Below, in pieces: positions 37,833-47,037 of a stretch of 64,000 bases of DNA. Within the stretch, counting starts at the first letter, position 1. The number at the start of each line of letters is the position of its first letter. Source of the stretch: Candidatus Methanomethylophilaceae archaeon (GTDB lineage: Archaea > Thermoplasmatota > Thermoplasmata > Methanomassiliicoccales > Methanomethylophilaceae); NCBI GenBank assembly GCA_050944155.1, contig JBMNQN010000004.1, forward strand, positions 38,163 through 102,162, given 5' to 3'. The position numbers were made by a program, and so were the translations under genes. The notes beneath the pieces were generated by a model. The model saw only the letters and a program-made list of their open reading frames with translations, ran no database searches and had not been told where the DNA came from.

Positions 37833-39049
37833 CTCTCCGGTTCTTCGTATTTTATCGTCAATACGTCCAATTCCTGGACTGTGCAGGGTATTCCCAGGGC
37901 ATCGGAGAAGTTAGGTATGCTTCTCCCCCCGTCGCCGGACACGAACTCCTTCACGTATGTTCCGGATTCCGTTTCCAGTGTAAGGTCGAACGTACAGTCT
38001 CCGACCGGTTCCGCCTCGACCCAGCGGATAGTTCTTTTTCTCACCAGGTCGGCACGTCTGTGCTCGACGCGGGTGGGAGTCCTCTGGTCGATACGGGTAT
38101 CCCTGAACGATAAGGCTACCTCAATTAGTTTCTCTTTATTAACTTTGCCGTCGGCCTTCACACGTGCGCGATATACTTTGTCGGGGTCGGCGCCTTTGTA
38201 CCTCTGCACGGCTTCCCTCTCTGCGAAACGCAGGTCTCTGAACTGTGCCAGATCCGATTTGTTGGCTTCTCTCTCCAAAGCCCGAAGATCTATGTTTCTG
38301 ATTTTGGGGTTACTGAGTTCCAGAACGAAAGGACGGCCGTCTCCGAGCATGAGTGCGTCTATGTCTTCGCGTCCCATTCCGTGGAAAAAATGTTCTTTTC
38401 CGCCGCACATTTTCAGAGCTACGTCCCCTATGATTTCCTGCACGGAAGTCTGATACATTTTACCGGTGTTTCCGCATCTGGCACATCCTTTTCCTTTGCA
38501 CATTCTGCAGGGCCATACGGTCTGCGGGATTTCTCTGCTCAGTTTGTTGTAGCGGCCTGTTATGAAGATGGGCTTGATGTCCAGTTCCACGTCCGCGAAA
38601 CGGGTGTCTATGCAGGCCACCACCTGCGGGTTTTTGAATTCCACGTTTCTCCCGAGAATCTCGAAAGATCTTTTTCCGATTTCCCGGTTAAGTTCCGCTT
38701 TTATGGATTCGTTTTTTTCCAGCCCGAATTTTTCTGCCAGTTCCTTTTCTTTGGAAATTATGAGGGGATCGACTTTGGTTCCCACTAGAAAATTGTCCGA
38801 TTCCACGGTTTCCACGGTTTCCGAAACCGATTCGGCGAAACGGTCCAGAAGATCGAAAATGTTTCCGCACAGCGGACACACGGCGTCGGGAACGACGTCC
38901 CCCATCTCCCTGCGGAGCATGGATCCGCGTACATCGTTCGTCATACCGGTGCTTTCTTTTCCGAACATTCTTCCCAGGCAGCGGTCGCAAAGACCCAGCT
39001 TTGCCAGTTCTTCGGCCTTCTCAAGATTGTTTACGACCCATTGTTCCAT
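37829..39049 (-). CDS. pus10: tRNA pseudouridine(54/55) synthase Pus10
   Basis: LCDRCLGR, GRYNKLSREIPQT, FHGMGREDID, GTYVKEFVSGD. Confidence 0.96.
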   Translation of the reverse strand: MEQWVVNNLEKAEELAKLGLCDRCLGRMFGKESTGMTNDVRGSMLRREMGDVVPDAVCPLCGNIFDLLDRFAESVSETVETVESDNFLVGTKVDPLIISKEKELAEKFGLEKNESIKAELNREIGKRSFEILGRNVEFKNPQVVACIDTRFADVELDIKPIFITGRYNKLSREIPQTVWPCRMCKGKGCARCGNTGKMYQTSVQEIIGDVALKMCGGKEHFFHGMGREDIDALMLGDGRPFVLELSNPKIRNIDLRALEREANKSDLAQFRDLRFAEREAVQRYKGADPDKVYRARVKADGKVNKEKLIEVALSFRDTRIDQRTPTRVEHRRADLVRKRTIRWVEAEPVGDCTFDLTLETESGTYVKEFVSGDGGRSIPNFSDALGIPCTVQELDVLTIKYEEPES

Positions 39050-39057
39050 GTTTTTCC

Positions 39058-39600
39058 TCACAGGTCGAAGCCCATTTCCGTAATTCTCAGACGGGGCCTC
39101 TGGCCTTCCAGATAGTGGTATACGGAAGAGTGCTCGCTTCCGTTGAGAATCATTTCCACCGCGTGTTTGGCAACGGGAAGACTTATCGAATTTCCTATGA
39201 GTCCCACGGTGTTTCCGTAGACTATCATGTCGCACCTCGTAAGTTCCTCGATTATCCGGCGGGTTTTTCCGTCTTTTCCGATGAGCCTGCCGCGGATTCT
39301 GTTGAGCTGGTTGGTTCTGTCTCCGACGAATTCCTTGAGGTCGACAATCTCCAGGTATTCGTCGTCTTCCATGAGCCTGAGAGCCTTTTCGGGGTTGAAT
39401 CCTCTGGATATCGCCTTGATTACATCGGCGAGTTTGAGAGGCATAAGGGCATCTTCGGTTTTTTCGTTGTGAATAATGACCAGCCCGTCTTTTTCAATCT
39501 GAATCGGAACTCCGGAAACTTCCTGAAGCATTTTTTTGGTTTCTCCGGATTTCCCTATAAGAACGGCGATTCTGTCCGACGGAACCCTGACTGTTCTCAT
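39058..39600 (-). CDS. dim2: KH-domain RNA-processing protein Dim2/Pno1
   Basis: LIGKSG, AISRGFNPE, GRLIGKDGKTR, G..HSSVY. Confidence 0.93.
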   Translation of the reverse strand: MRTVRVPSDRIAVLIGKSGETKKMLQEVSGVPIQIEKDGLVIIHNEKTEDALMPLKLADVIKAISRGFNPEKALRLMEDDEYLEIVDLKEFVGDRTNQLNRIRGRLIGKDGKTRRIIEELTRCDMIVYGNTVGLIGNSISLPVAKHAVEMILNGSEHSSVYHYLEGQRPRLRITEMGFDL

Positions 39601-40385
39601 TCTTCCTCCTCCTCTTCGGTACTGAAGACTTCCTTCAATATAATCTCCGGGTCTATTATATCGGCTCCGCGGTTTCTGAAAAAGCGGTTTATGTTGAGAA
39701 TGTCCCTGTCCAGCAGTTCCTTCGCGCCGGGATAGTCCCTGGTCATGGCCTGACCGCAGTCAATCATTATCGGGCCTTCGCCGCTCATCAGTATGTTATA
39801 TTCGCTCAGATCCCCGTGTACCAGATGGGCATCACGCCAACCGTCGATAATGAAGGAAACGGCTTCGTCGTAAGTTTCTGTGGGGTCGTCCAGAACAACA
39901 TCTTTCAGTTGGGGGGCCGGTCCGTTTTCGTCCCCTATGAATTCTTCCACCAGACAGTTCATGTCGTAGGCGATTGGTTCCGGAACGGGTATTCCCGCAT
40001 CGTAGTATCTCTGCATGTTTTTGAATTCCTTCTGTGTCCACACGTAAATCATTTTCGTGCGGCTCCCCTTCACGCCTTTGAATCTGGGGTCTCCCTCTAT
40101 GTATTTGGAAATCCTTTTGAAAGTGGACGTGGAAGTTCTGAATATCTTAAGTGCCAGAGGTTCTCCGTCCTGGTCTTCGGCGTAGAATACGTTGCCTTCT
40201 TTTCCCGTGGATATCGGATAATGAACGGTGTCGATAATCCCCTCGGTCATGAATCCGTAAAGAACCATCAGGGTTTTTCTGTCGAACACCTGCTCTTCGG
40301 TCTGACGTTCGTCTCCGGTTTTATTGGTTTTCAGCGCATCAACGCGCTTCTCCATATAGGCGTAAATCTCTTCGTATGAGGTCAC
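39597..40385 (-). CDS. rio1: RIO1 serine kinase/ATPase
   Basis: STGKEGNVF, VHGDLSEYNIL, IDCGQA. Confidence 0.95.
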   Translation of the reverse strand: MTSYEEIYAYMEKRVDALKTNKTGDERQTEEQVFDRKTLMVLYGFMTEGIIDTVHYPISTGKEGNVFYAEDQDGEPLALKIFRTSTSTFKRISKYIEGDPRFKGVKGSRTKMIYVWTQKEFKNMQRYYDAGIPVPEPIAYDMNCLVEEFIGDENGPAPQLKDVVLDDPTETYDEAVSFIIDGWRDAHLVHGDLSEYNILMSGEGPIMIDCGQAMTRDYPGAKELLDRDILNINRFFRNRGADIIDPEIILKEVFSTEEEEEE

Positions 40386-40396
40386 GCCCGTATCCC

Positions 40397-40726
40397 TCAA
40401 TAGATGTCGATGGATTTGGGAATCTTGTTTCTTTTGCTGAGGTTTGCCGCCTGGGTTCTTGTGTACCTGAACCTTACGTCGCATTTGTCGGGCTGAAAGT
40501 CCCAGACGGAAACAATCAGAAGATCCCCCTCTCTTATCCACATGCGTTTTTTGATCTTGCCGGGGATGCGCCCCATCCTGGAAACGCCGTCCTCACACAT
40601 GATTTTTATTTTAGAAGCGCCCAGCAGCTGATCCGCTATGCCGAATATCTCTCCTTCTTTTACATTGGGGAGGCGTATTCTGGATACATCTTCCTCCGTA
40701 CTTTCGAGCGGTCCGTTGTCTGCCAT
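40397..40726 (-). CDS. eif1a: Translation initiation factor aIF-1A
   Basis: GRIPGKIKKRMWIREGDL..V.WDFQ. Confidence 0.97.
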   Translation of the reverse strand: MADNGPLESTEEDVSRIRLPNVKEGEIFGIADQLLGASKIKIMCEDGVSRMGRIPGKIKKRMWIREGDLLIVSVWDFQPDKCDVRFRYTRTQAANLSKRNKIPKSIDIY

Positions 40727-40845
40727 GTTCTGCCTATCTCAGATATCTTTATTAATAATTTCCCATCGGAGCATGCCGCCGGGCCTTTTCGACGGCTCTT
40801 TATGCGTAAACTATTTTAACGGTATTCAAATATGGACGCCTGCAA

Positions 40846-40918
40846 GCTCCGGTAGTGTAGCGGCCAATCATTCGGCCCTTTCGAGGCCGACACTCGGGTT
40901 CGAATCCCGACCGGAGCA
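40846..40918 (+). tRNA. tRNA-Glu(TTC)
   Basis: GCTCCGG/CCGGAGC acceptor stem, CGGCC-CTTTCGA-GGCCG. Confidence 0.96.
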
Positions 40919-40936
40919 CTATTCTCAAAAATCGCG

Positions 40937-42076
40937 TCAATAGCCGTTGCGCACTCCGGCGCCGGTGCTTCTGAATCCCAGAATCTTTTTGCGGTATGCT
41001 TTGCTTTTTTCGACGACCTCTTCGATGTTATTGCGGTTGACAGCTATTACTTCCGGAAGTTTTCTGGGATTGGCTTTCAGGAAAGCGTCCATAAGACCCG
41101 AATCGGGGAATTCCATGTTTTTGAGGTAATTTCTGTTCCAGTTCTCGGCCATGCGGAGCACCGCCTCGACACCTTCGTTGTAAAATGCCTGCAGAAGGAC
41201 CGCGGCAACCGTGCAGTCTTTGGAAAGAACGGCAACGTTGCTTCCCCGCACGGCGAAATCTTCGCCGTTGAAAGAAAGTGCCAATCCTCCGCTTTCGTTT
41301 ACCAGCTGCATGGCCTGGAAGTCCGAAGTGTCGCTTCCTATGTATGCCGTACCGTCCAGATCAATCGATGTTTTGCGTCTGATTTCCAGAAGAGAATACG
41401 CTTTCTCGTTGGACCCTATGGACGTCATGGATCTCATAATCGCTCCGGCCGACGTTTTCTGAAGTTTTTCGCCGTATATTTTGTCCATGGTTTTGATTAT
41501 TTTCACGTCCGCGGGATTCAATTCGGTGGGAACGTTGAGTTCGTATTCGAATTTGGGGATTTTGAGGGCGGTTATCTCGGCTGCGGCCTCTCTGAGAACA
41601 CGGCCTTCCTGCCTGGTCATATCAGCGGCATCCAGGCTGAGCTCCGAGTAGACCATGTTGCCCATGGGTATATCCAACCCCTCGCAGATGTTCATCATGT
41701 CGTGTTCGTAAAGTCCGGTGGATATGAAGGTGGGCATCAGACCGGATGCGTAGCGTATCGTTTTTCCCGCGGATGGGAAAAGGTCCAGAGCTTCCTTGCT
41801 GGCACTGTGCATTTTAAGGTCGGTTGCCCCGAAAGCCTTCAGGAAGGGAGCTATGATTTTCATGGTGTTTCCGGAACGTCCGTCGTCGCGGCTGAGAACA
41901 TAGGCACACAACGAGTTGTATCTCGAAACCACGTCGTAAAAATGACCGCCGTTGCGTATGAACCGTTCGCATATGTCTCTGGTTCCGTTGTTTCTGGTGA
42001 GGAATCCCTGGCAGCTGCAGATGAACTGTTTGTCGTTTATGAGGCCCAGATCGTCCACTCCGTCGAATTCGGACAC
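40937..42076 (-). CDS. EhaR/COG4030-like HAD-fold protein with degenerate catalytic motifs
   Basis: GNTMKIIAPFL..FG and GGLALSFNG..FAV family motifs; motif I and IV aspartates altered. Confidence 0.75.
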   Translation of the reverse strand: MSEFDGVDDLGLINDKQFICSCQGFLTRNNGTRDICERFIRNGGHFYDVVSRYNSLCAYVLSRDDGRSGNTMKIIAPFLKAFGATDLKMHSASKEALDLFPSAGKTIRYASGLMPTFISTGLYEHDMMNICEGLDIPMGNMVYSELSLDAADMTRQEGRVLREAAAEITALKIPKFEYELNVPTELNPADVKIIKTMDKIYGEKLQKTSAGAIMRSMTSIGSNEKAYSLLEIRRKTSIDLDGTAYIGSDTSDFQAMQLVNESGGLALSFNGEDFAVRGSNVAVLSKDCTVAAVLLQAFYNEGVEAVLRMAENWNRNYLKNMEFPDSGLMDAFLKANPRKLPEVIAVNRNNIEEVVEKSKAYRKKILGFRSTGAGVRNGY

Positions 42077-42080
42077 GGAA

Positions 42081-42902
42081 TCACCTCAGCGCGGCATCGA
42101 CCTCTTCGGTCAGGTCGTATGCCTTATCCAGTTTTTTGTTTCCGGAATACGGTTCTTTGTTGCGCAGGGACACTTTTCCTTCGGCAAAGGCTCCGATTGT
42201 GGATACGATGAGAGGCAGCTCTCTTTTCGCTCCCTCTTCTCTTATTTTCCTGAAGAGAGGTTCCTCGGCTCCCTCGTCTTCCTTTATTTGCCCGAAAGTG
42301 CGTCCCTTCAGTTTTTCTTCGAAATCGTTCCAGAGGCGGTCGAAATCTTTTCCCCGTATGGGGAAACGGCAATACGATACGGCGGCGCCTCTGTCCCACT
42401 CTTCGGTGCACACGTGCATCATGGCTCCCTGTTCCGAGGCGTCGTTTTCGATAAGCTCCCATATCACCTCTTCCCAGGTTCCTTTGGGACCGTCCGGCAG
42501 GGCGGGATGAAGATTCAGCATGTCGTATTCCCTACAGGTGTCGTCGTCCATCCAAAGCATGTATCCTGCGAGGATTCCCAAATCGAAGGGATAGGGTTCG
42601 GTTTTCTTCCTGAGGATTTTACCGTATTCCAGTCTCCAGCGGTCCTCGTCTTCCCGCCTCAGATCGGGTTTGAATTTTTTCCAGGAGGCGGTCACCAAAG
42701 GTACGCCGTAGCTGCGTACCAGGTCGAAAAACATCTCTCTCTGGTCTTTGCGGGGATTGTTTTCTTCCGTGTTGTCCCAATTACAGAAAACAAATGCGAT
42801 TTCGGCGTCCAGAGAGCCTTCCCTTATCCGGTCCGCAACCGTCTTAAAGAGATTTCTCGAGCCGGGCCCTCTCCCAGTCGAAAACCAGCCCAATTTTATC
42901 AT
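42081..42902 (-). CDS. purN: Phosphoribosylglycinamide formyltransferase (divergent)
   Basis: WFSTGRG.GS, LAGYML, LNLHPALP, GAMMH...WDRG. Confidence 0.85.
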   Translation of the reverse strand: MIKLGWFSTGRGPGSRNLFKTVADRIREGSLDAEIAFVFCNWDNTEENNPRKDQREMFFDLVRSYGVPLVTASWKKFKPDLRREDEDRWRLEYGKILRKKTEPYPFDLGILAGYMLWMDDDTCREYDMLNLHPALPDGPKGTWEEVIWELIENDASEQGAMMHVCTEEWDRGAAVSYCRFPIRGKDFDRLWNDFEEKLKGRTFGQIKEDEGAEEPLFRKIREEGAKRELPLIVSTIGAFAEGKVSLRNKEPYSGNKKLDKAYDLTEEVDAALR

Positions 42903-42999
42903 TACACACCTGATTCCGTCCGGGCGTTATATAGATGCGTTTTTTCGGGTCAGTAACCGAAGTTACCGAATACCGATTTATTTCCGTACGGCTCTGCGT

Positions 43000-43413
43000 T
43001 CATATGTCGAAAAGCACGGTGACCGACGGAGTTTCCGGGTCGACCTCCATCATGTGATATGTGACGGCCTTTACTTCCGTTCTGGTTCTGTGCCTCGACA
43101 GGTCGAGACGTTCGCCCTTCGCGTCGCACACCACGGTGTTTTCTTCGAAACGTACTTTGAATTCGCATAAGAACAGATTTTCCGTTTCTTCTATGAAAAG
43201 AAGTTCGGAAAGGAAATTGTAAAGCATGGACTCCGGGTCTTCGCCTTCGGTGCGTAACGAAATGTTTTCCGCGGGTTTCACTCCCCGCAGATCCACCGTC
43301 TGATCGAACAGGGCGTAAGCGGCGTTCGCGAAACATTCCTCCAGAGTGTTTCCGGTACACCTGACAAGGGAATCTGCGGTATGTTCCAAAGTTTCGTAAG
43401 AGTGCACGGACAC
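43000..43413 (-). CDS. Archease
   Basis: LEHTAD, VKAVTYH, C-terminal LFDI. Confidence 0.95.
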   Translation of the reverse strand: MSVHSYETLEHTADSLVRCTGNTLEECFANAAYALFDQTVDLRGVKPAENISLRTEGEDPESMLYNFLSELLFIEETENLFLCEFKVRFEENTVVCDAKGERLDLSRHRTRTEVKAVTYHMMEVDPETPSVTVLFDI

Positions 43414-43582
43414 GGATTGCCCGCAACCGATATAGGTGTTTCCGATTTTTCTTCTCCGAAACTTCTGCGAATAACGAAAAATATGTGCGAATTCAATTAA
43501 TATCAGTGTTTGTTTTTTCGAAAAACGGAATCAAATTTCACATTCCCAAAAGTTCTTAATATTATTTGTTAATACGGGCGGT

Positions 43583-44389
43583 ATGCGTGTTGCAATAATT
43601 GGATGTGGTTTCATAGGTACCGGTCTGGCTCTTACGGCAGACAGTATGCCCGAAGTGAAACGCATCTATCTTTTCGACATGGACACGGCCGCCGCCGATC
43701 GTCTGGCGGCCAAGACCAAAAAAGGAATAGTAATATCTTCCGTGGAAGAGGAACTCTATCACTGCGATCTGGTAATCGAAGCGGCATCCCAGGATGCGGC
43801 GAGGACCTACGCTCCCGTCGTGGTGGAAAGGGGAGTCAGCATGATGATAATGTCCGTCGGTGCGCTGGTGGACGACGATTTCAGGAACGCTGTCTTCGAA
43901 AAAGCTTCGAAAACCGAATCCTGCATCTACATTCCGTCCGGAGCCGTCTGCGGCGTTGACGGACTGAGAGCCGCCCGCGGAGACGACCTGGAATACGTGG
44001 AACTCATAACCACCAAAGCGCCCCGCAGTCTGGAAAACATTCCCTACGTTCTGGAAAAAGGAATCGTCGTGGACGACCTGAAAGAAAAGACGGTGATATA
44101 CTCCGGAACCGCGAGGGAAGCGGTCAAGTATTTCCCCAAGAACATCAACGTGGCCGCCACCGTAAGTCTCTTCGGCATAGGATTCGACCGTACGAAGGTC
44201 ACCATCGCCGTAGATCCGGCAATCAAAATCAACTCTCACGAACTCAGATACAAAGGAGCCTTCGGAGAGACAATCTGCCACACATACAACGTGCCGTCTC
44301 CCGAAAATCCGAGAACGTCGTATCTTGCGGCACTTTCCGCAAACCACGCGTTCAAAAGTTTGGTCAAGAACGTCTGGATTGCTCTGTGA
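43583..44389 (+). CDS. nadX: L-aspartate dehydrogenase
   Basis: IIGCGFIG, EAAS, SVGAL, PSGAVCGVD, FPKNINVAA, NPRTSYLAALS. Confidence 0.95.
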   Translation: MRVAIIGCGFIGTGLALTADSMPEVKRIYLFDMDTAAADRLAAKTKKGIVISSVEEELYHCDLVIEAASQDAARTYAPVVVERGVSMMIMSVGALVDDDFRNAVFEKASKTESCIYIPSGAVCGVDGLRAARGDDLEYVELITTKAPRSLENIPYVLEKGIVVDDLKEKTVIYSGTAREAVKYFPKNINVAATVSLFGIGFDRTKVTIAVDPAIKINSHELRYKGAFGETICHTYNVPSPENPRTSYLAALSANHAFKSLVKNVWIAL

Positions 44390-44412
44390 TCCGTACCGGA
44401 GGCGCCGCTGAT

Positions 44413-45495
44413 ATGGTTCGGTCAAGAGCCGCGAGGCTTTCGGATAACTCTCCCGAAACCGATGCGATAGTGATAGTGAACGGCGACGAACCGTTCTGCG
44501 ATTCCGCCTTCTGGTACCTTACCGAACAGAAATCCGGAACTTTCGAGGGGGGAATCGCTGTTGTCAGAGACGGGAAACTGGACGTAATCGTAAGCACCCT
44601 CGAAGAGGAAACCGCCCGGGAAGGCTGCGGAGAGATACACGTTTATTCTAACCGCGCGGAAAGGGACGGATTGCTGAAAGAGCTGCTGAACGGATGCACG
44701 GATGTCGGATTCAACACCTTGAGCGCTCCCTACGCTTCCGTCCGGTACATCGAAAAAACGGCGGGAATAAACGTAAAGAACGCTTCCAAAGAAATTCTGG
44801 AAACCCTTACGGTCAAAGACGAAAAAGAATTGAAATCCATACGCAGGGCGTGCGAAATATCTTCGAAAGTGGCGTCCGAAATACCGGAAATACTTACTGC
44901 TGGTATGACGGAAAAGGAAGCGGCTTTCGCCATCGATTTCAGAATGAGGGAACTGGGAGGCGAAGGAAACGCGTTCGAAACCATAGCCGCGTTCGGTCCC
45001 AACTCGTCCAAACCCCATCATTCCCCGACAGACCGTAAAATTTCGAAAGGAGACGCGGCGCTGTTCGATTTCGGAACGAAATACGAAAAGTACTGCTCCG
45101 ACCTCACGAGAACGGTTTTCTTCGGAAAACCCGACGAAAGGATGGAAAGAGCCTACGAAACGGTAAAAAAGGCCCAGGAAGAAGGCTTTTCGCGCTACCG
45201 CGAAGGAGCACCCGCCGCCGACGCCGACATAGCCGCCAGAGAGATAATCGATGCCGGGGAATTCAAGGGAAGAATGATCCACACTTTCGGCCACGGCATA
45301 GGCATGGACATCCACCAGGGAATTTCGGTCTATTCCAAATCCGATTACACACTGAAAGCGGGAAACGTCGTGTCGGCGGAGCCCGGAATATATCTACCCG
45401 GAATCGGCGGAATAAGGATAGAAGACACCTGTCTGGTACTTAAGGACGGAGCGGAAAGACTGACGTCTTTCGACCGCGAACTGACGGTAGTCTGA
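44413..45495 (+). CDS. pepQ: Xaa-Pro peptidase (M24B)
   Basis: DFG..YCSDLTRT, HTFGHGIG..H, EPGIY, GIRIED. Confidence 0.92.
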   Translation: MVRSRAARLSDNSPETDAIVIVNGDEPFCDSAFWYLTEQKSGTFEGGIAVVRDGKLDVIVSTLEEETAREGCGEIHVYSNRAERDGLLKELLNGCTDVGFNTLSAPYASVRYIEKTAGINVKNASKEILETLTVKDEKELKSIRRACEISSKVASEIPEILTAGMTEKEAAFAIDFRMRELGGEGNAFETIAAFGPNSSKPHHSPTDRKISKGDAALFDFGTKYEKYCSDLTRTVFFGKPDERMERAYETVKKAQEEGFSRYREGAPAADADIAAREIIDAGEFKGRMIHTFGHGIGMDIHQGISVYSKSDYTLKAGNVVSAEPGIYLPGIGGIRIEDTCLVLKDGAERLTSFDRELTVV

Positions 45496-45873
45496 TCAGA
45501 ACACTTTGTCAAGCAGAATGCGTCTGCGGTCTCCGGTATTTTCCATCCCGTCCCAGCTTTCGAGTTTTCCTATTTTGACCACCGGGAAGGGGGATACGGG
45601 TTTGCCGTCGCCTCCGCTGAGAGGGGTGGGACCGAAGAAAAAGCACAGCGCGTTCGGTCCCGGCCACCAGGCCACGTCGCCTTCTTCGAGAACGGTTACG
45701 CGGTTTTCTTTCGGGACATAGGGAGAAATCGGAACTTCGAAATAGATTTCTCCGCCGAGCATGTTTGCTTCGGTTTTAAAAGGTAAAAAGAGCCAGACGG
45801 CGTTGGAGATATCGGAATCGTCCAATTCGGCAAAGTATTCGTCCTCCGCCGTAACGATTCTTATTCTGCTCAT
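45496..45873 (-). CDS. Cyclophilin-like fold protein (TM1367-like)
   Basis: GEIYF, GDVAWWPGPNALCFFFGPTP. Confidence 0.85.
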   Translation of the reverse strand: MSRIRIVTAEDEYFAELDDSDISNAVWLFLPFKTEANMLGGEIYFEVPISPYVPKENRVTVLEEGDVAWWPGPNALCFFFGPTPLSGGDGKPVSPFPVVKIGKLESWDGMENTGDRRRILLDKVF

Positions 45874-45897
45874 AACGCCGCCCGGACCCGTTCGGTT

Positions 45898-46884
45898 TCA
45901 GTTCTTTCTTTCGAAGAGTTTCCTGATTTCCCTGCCCACTTTTTCGAGTTCGAGGTTCTTCTCTTTCTCTTCCATGGCCTTCAGGTTCTTCAGGTCGTTG
46001 GCCCATTCCGCGGTCCATCTGTTCTTGAACGCACCGGATTCGATGTCGTCGAGAATCTTTCTCATTCCTTTCTTGGACTCGTCGGTTATGACGTAATCCC
46101 TCATGGTGAGTCCGCCGTATTCGGCGGTGTTGGACACAACGTGCCACATCTTCTCGAATCCTCCGTCGTTGATCAGGTCGACGATGAGTTTGGTTTCGTG
46201 GCAAACTTCGAAGTAAGCCATTTCGGGGGGATAGCCTCCTTTCACGAGGGTTTCGAATCCCGCGTTGATGAGGGCGGTTATGCCTCCGCAGAGTACGGCC
46301 TGCTCTCCGAAAAGATCGGTAAGGGTCTCGTTGTCGAAGGTGGTCTCAAAGACTCCCGCACGGGTCGCACCCAGTCCCTTGGCAAGTGCCAGAGCTATCT
46401 TTTTGGCGTTTCCGCTGTAGTCCTGGTGGACGCAGACGAGAGCGGGGACGCCGAAACCCTCGACGAAAACGTCTCTCTCTTTGTCACCGGGAGATTTGGG
46501 TGCCATCATGATGACGTCCACGTCTTTCGGGGGAACTATGGTTTTGTACGTAATCGCGAAACCGTGGGCGAACTCCAGCGCGGCGCCCTTCTTTATGTTG
46601 GGTTCGACGAAATCTTTGTAAACCTTGGGCTGGACTTCGTCCGGCAGGAGCATCATGACGACGTCGGCGCCCTTTACCGCGTCGGCAAAGTCGGCCACCT
46701 TGAAACCGTCTTCTTTTGCTTTTTCCCAGGATTTTCCGTTCTTTCTGACACCGATGGTCACGTCGAGTCCGGAATCCCTGAAGCAGAGAGCCTGTGCCCT
46801 TCCCTGGGATCCGTATCCCAGGACGGCAATTTTCTTTCCTTTGAGGACGTTCAGGTCCACATCCGCATCGTGATAAATCTTCAT
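45898..46884 (-). CDS. ilvC: Ketol-acid reductoisomerase
   Basis: GYGSQG, LLPDE, FAHGF, DLFGEQAVLCGG, SNTAEYG. Confidence 0.98.
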   Translation of the reverse strand: MKIYHDADVDLNVLKGKKIAVLGYGSQGRAQALCFRDSGLDVTIGVRKNGKSWEKAKEDGFKVADFADAVKGADVVMMLLPDEVQPKVYKDFVEPNIKKGAALEFAHGFAITYKTIVPPKDVDVIMMAPKSPGDKERDVFVEGFGVPALVCVHQDYSGNAKKIALALAKGLGATRAGVFETTFDNETLTDLFGEQAVLCGGITALINAGFETLVKGGYPPEMAYFEVCHETKLIVDLINDGGFEKMWHVVSNTAEYGGLTMRDYVITDESKKGMRKILDDIESGAFKNRWTAEWANDLKNLKAMEEKEKNLELEKVGREIRKLFERKN

Positions 46885-46915
46885 GTTTTTCACCTGTGTT
46901 CGGTTTTAATACCTT

Positions 46916-46949
46916 GGAGGCCGAATTTCCGTACGGATTTTCGGCCTTC
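46916..46949. repeat. Long hairpin/palindrome upstream of ilvC
   Basis: AGGCCGAA 46918-46925 / TTCGGCCT 46940-46947 enclosing the palindrome TCCGTACGGA. Confidence 0.75.
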
Positions 46950-47037
46950 TGTGGTTCCGCTGACTGCCTGCGTCATATTAAAGAGTTACATAAGTTTCCG
47001 CGGCCGCGCGCTTCCGAAGAAAATCTCCGGAAGCGCG

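Noticed and set aside
43467-43528. CG-N5-CG Lrp-like sites upstream of nadX (and near glnA)
   Set aside because: Too degenerate; such words are common in this genome's intergenic DNA
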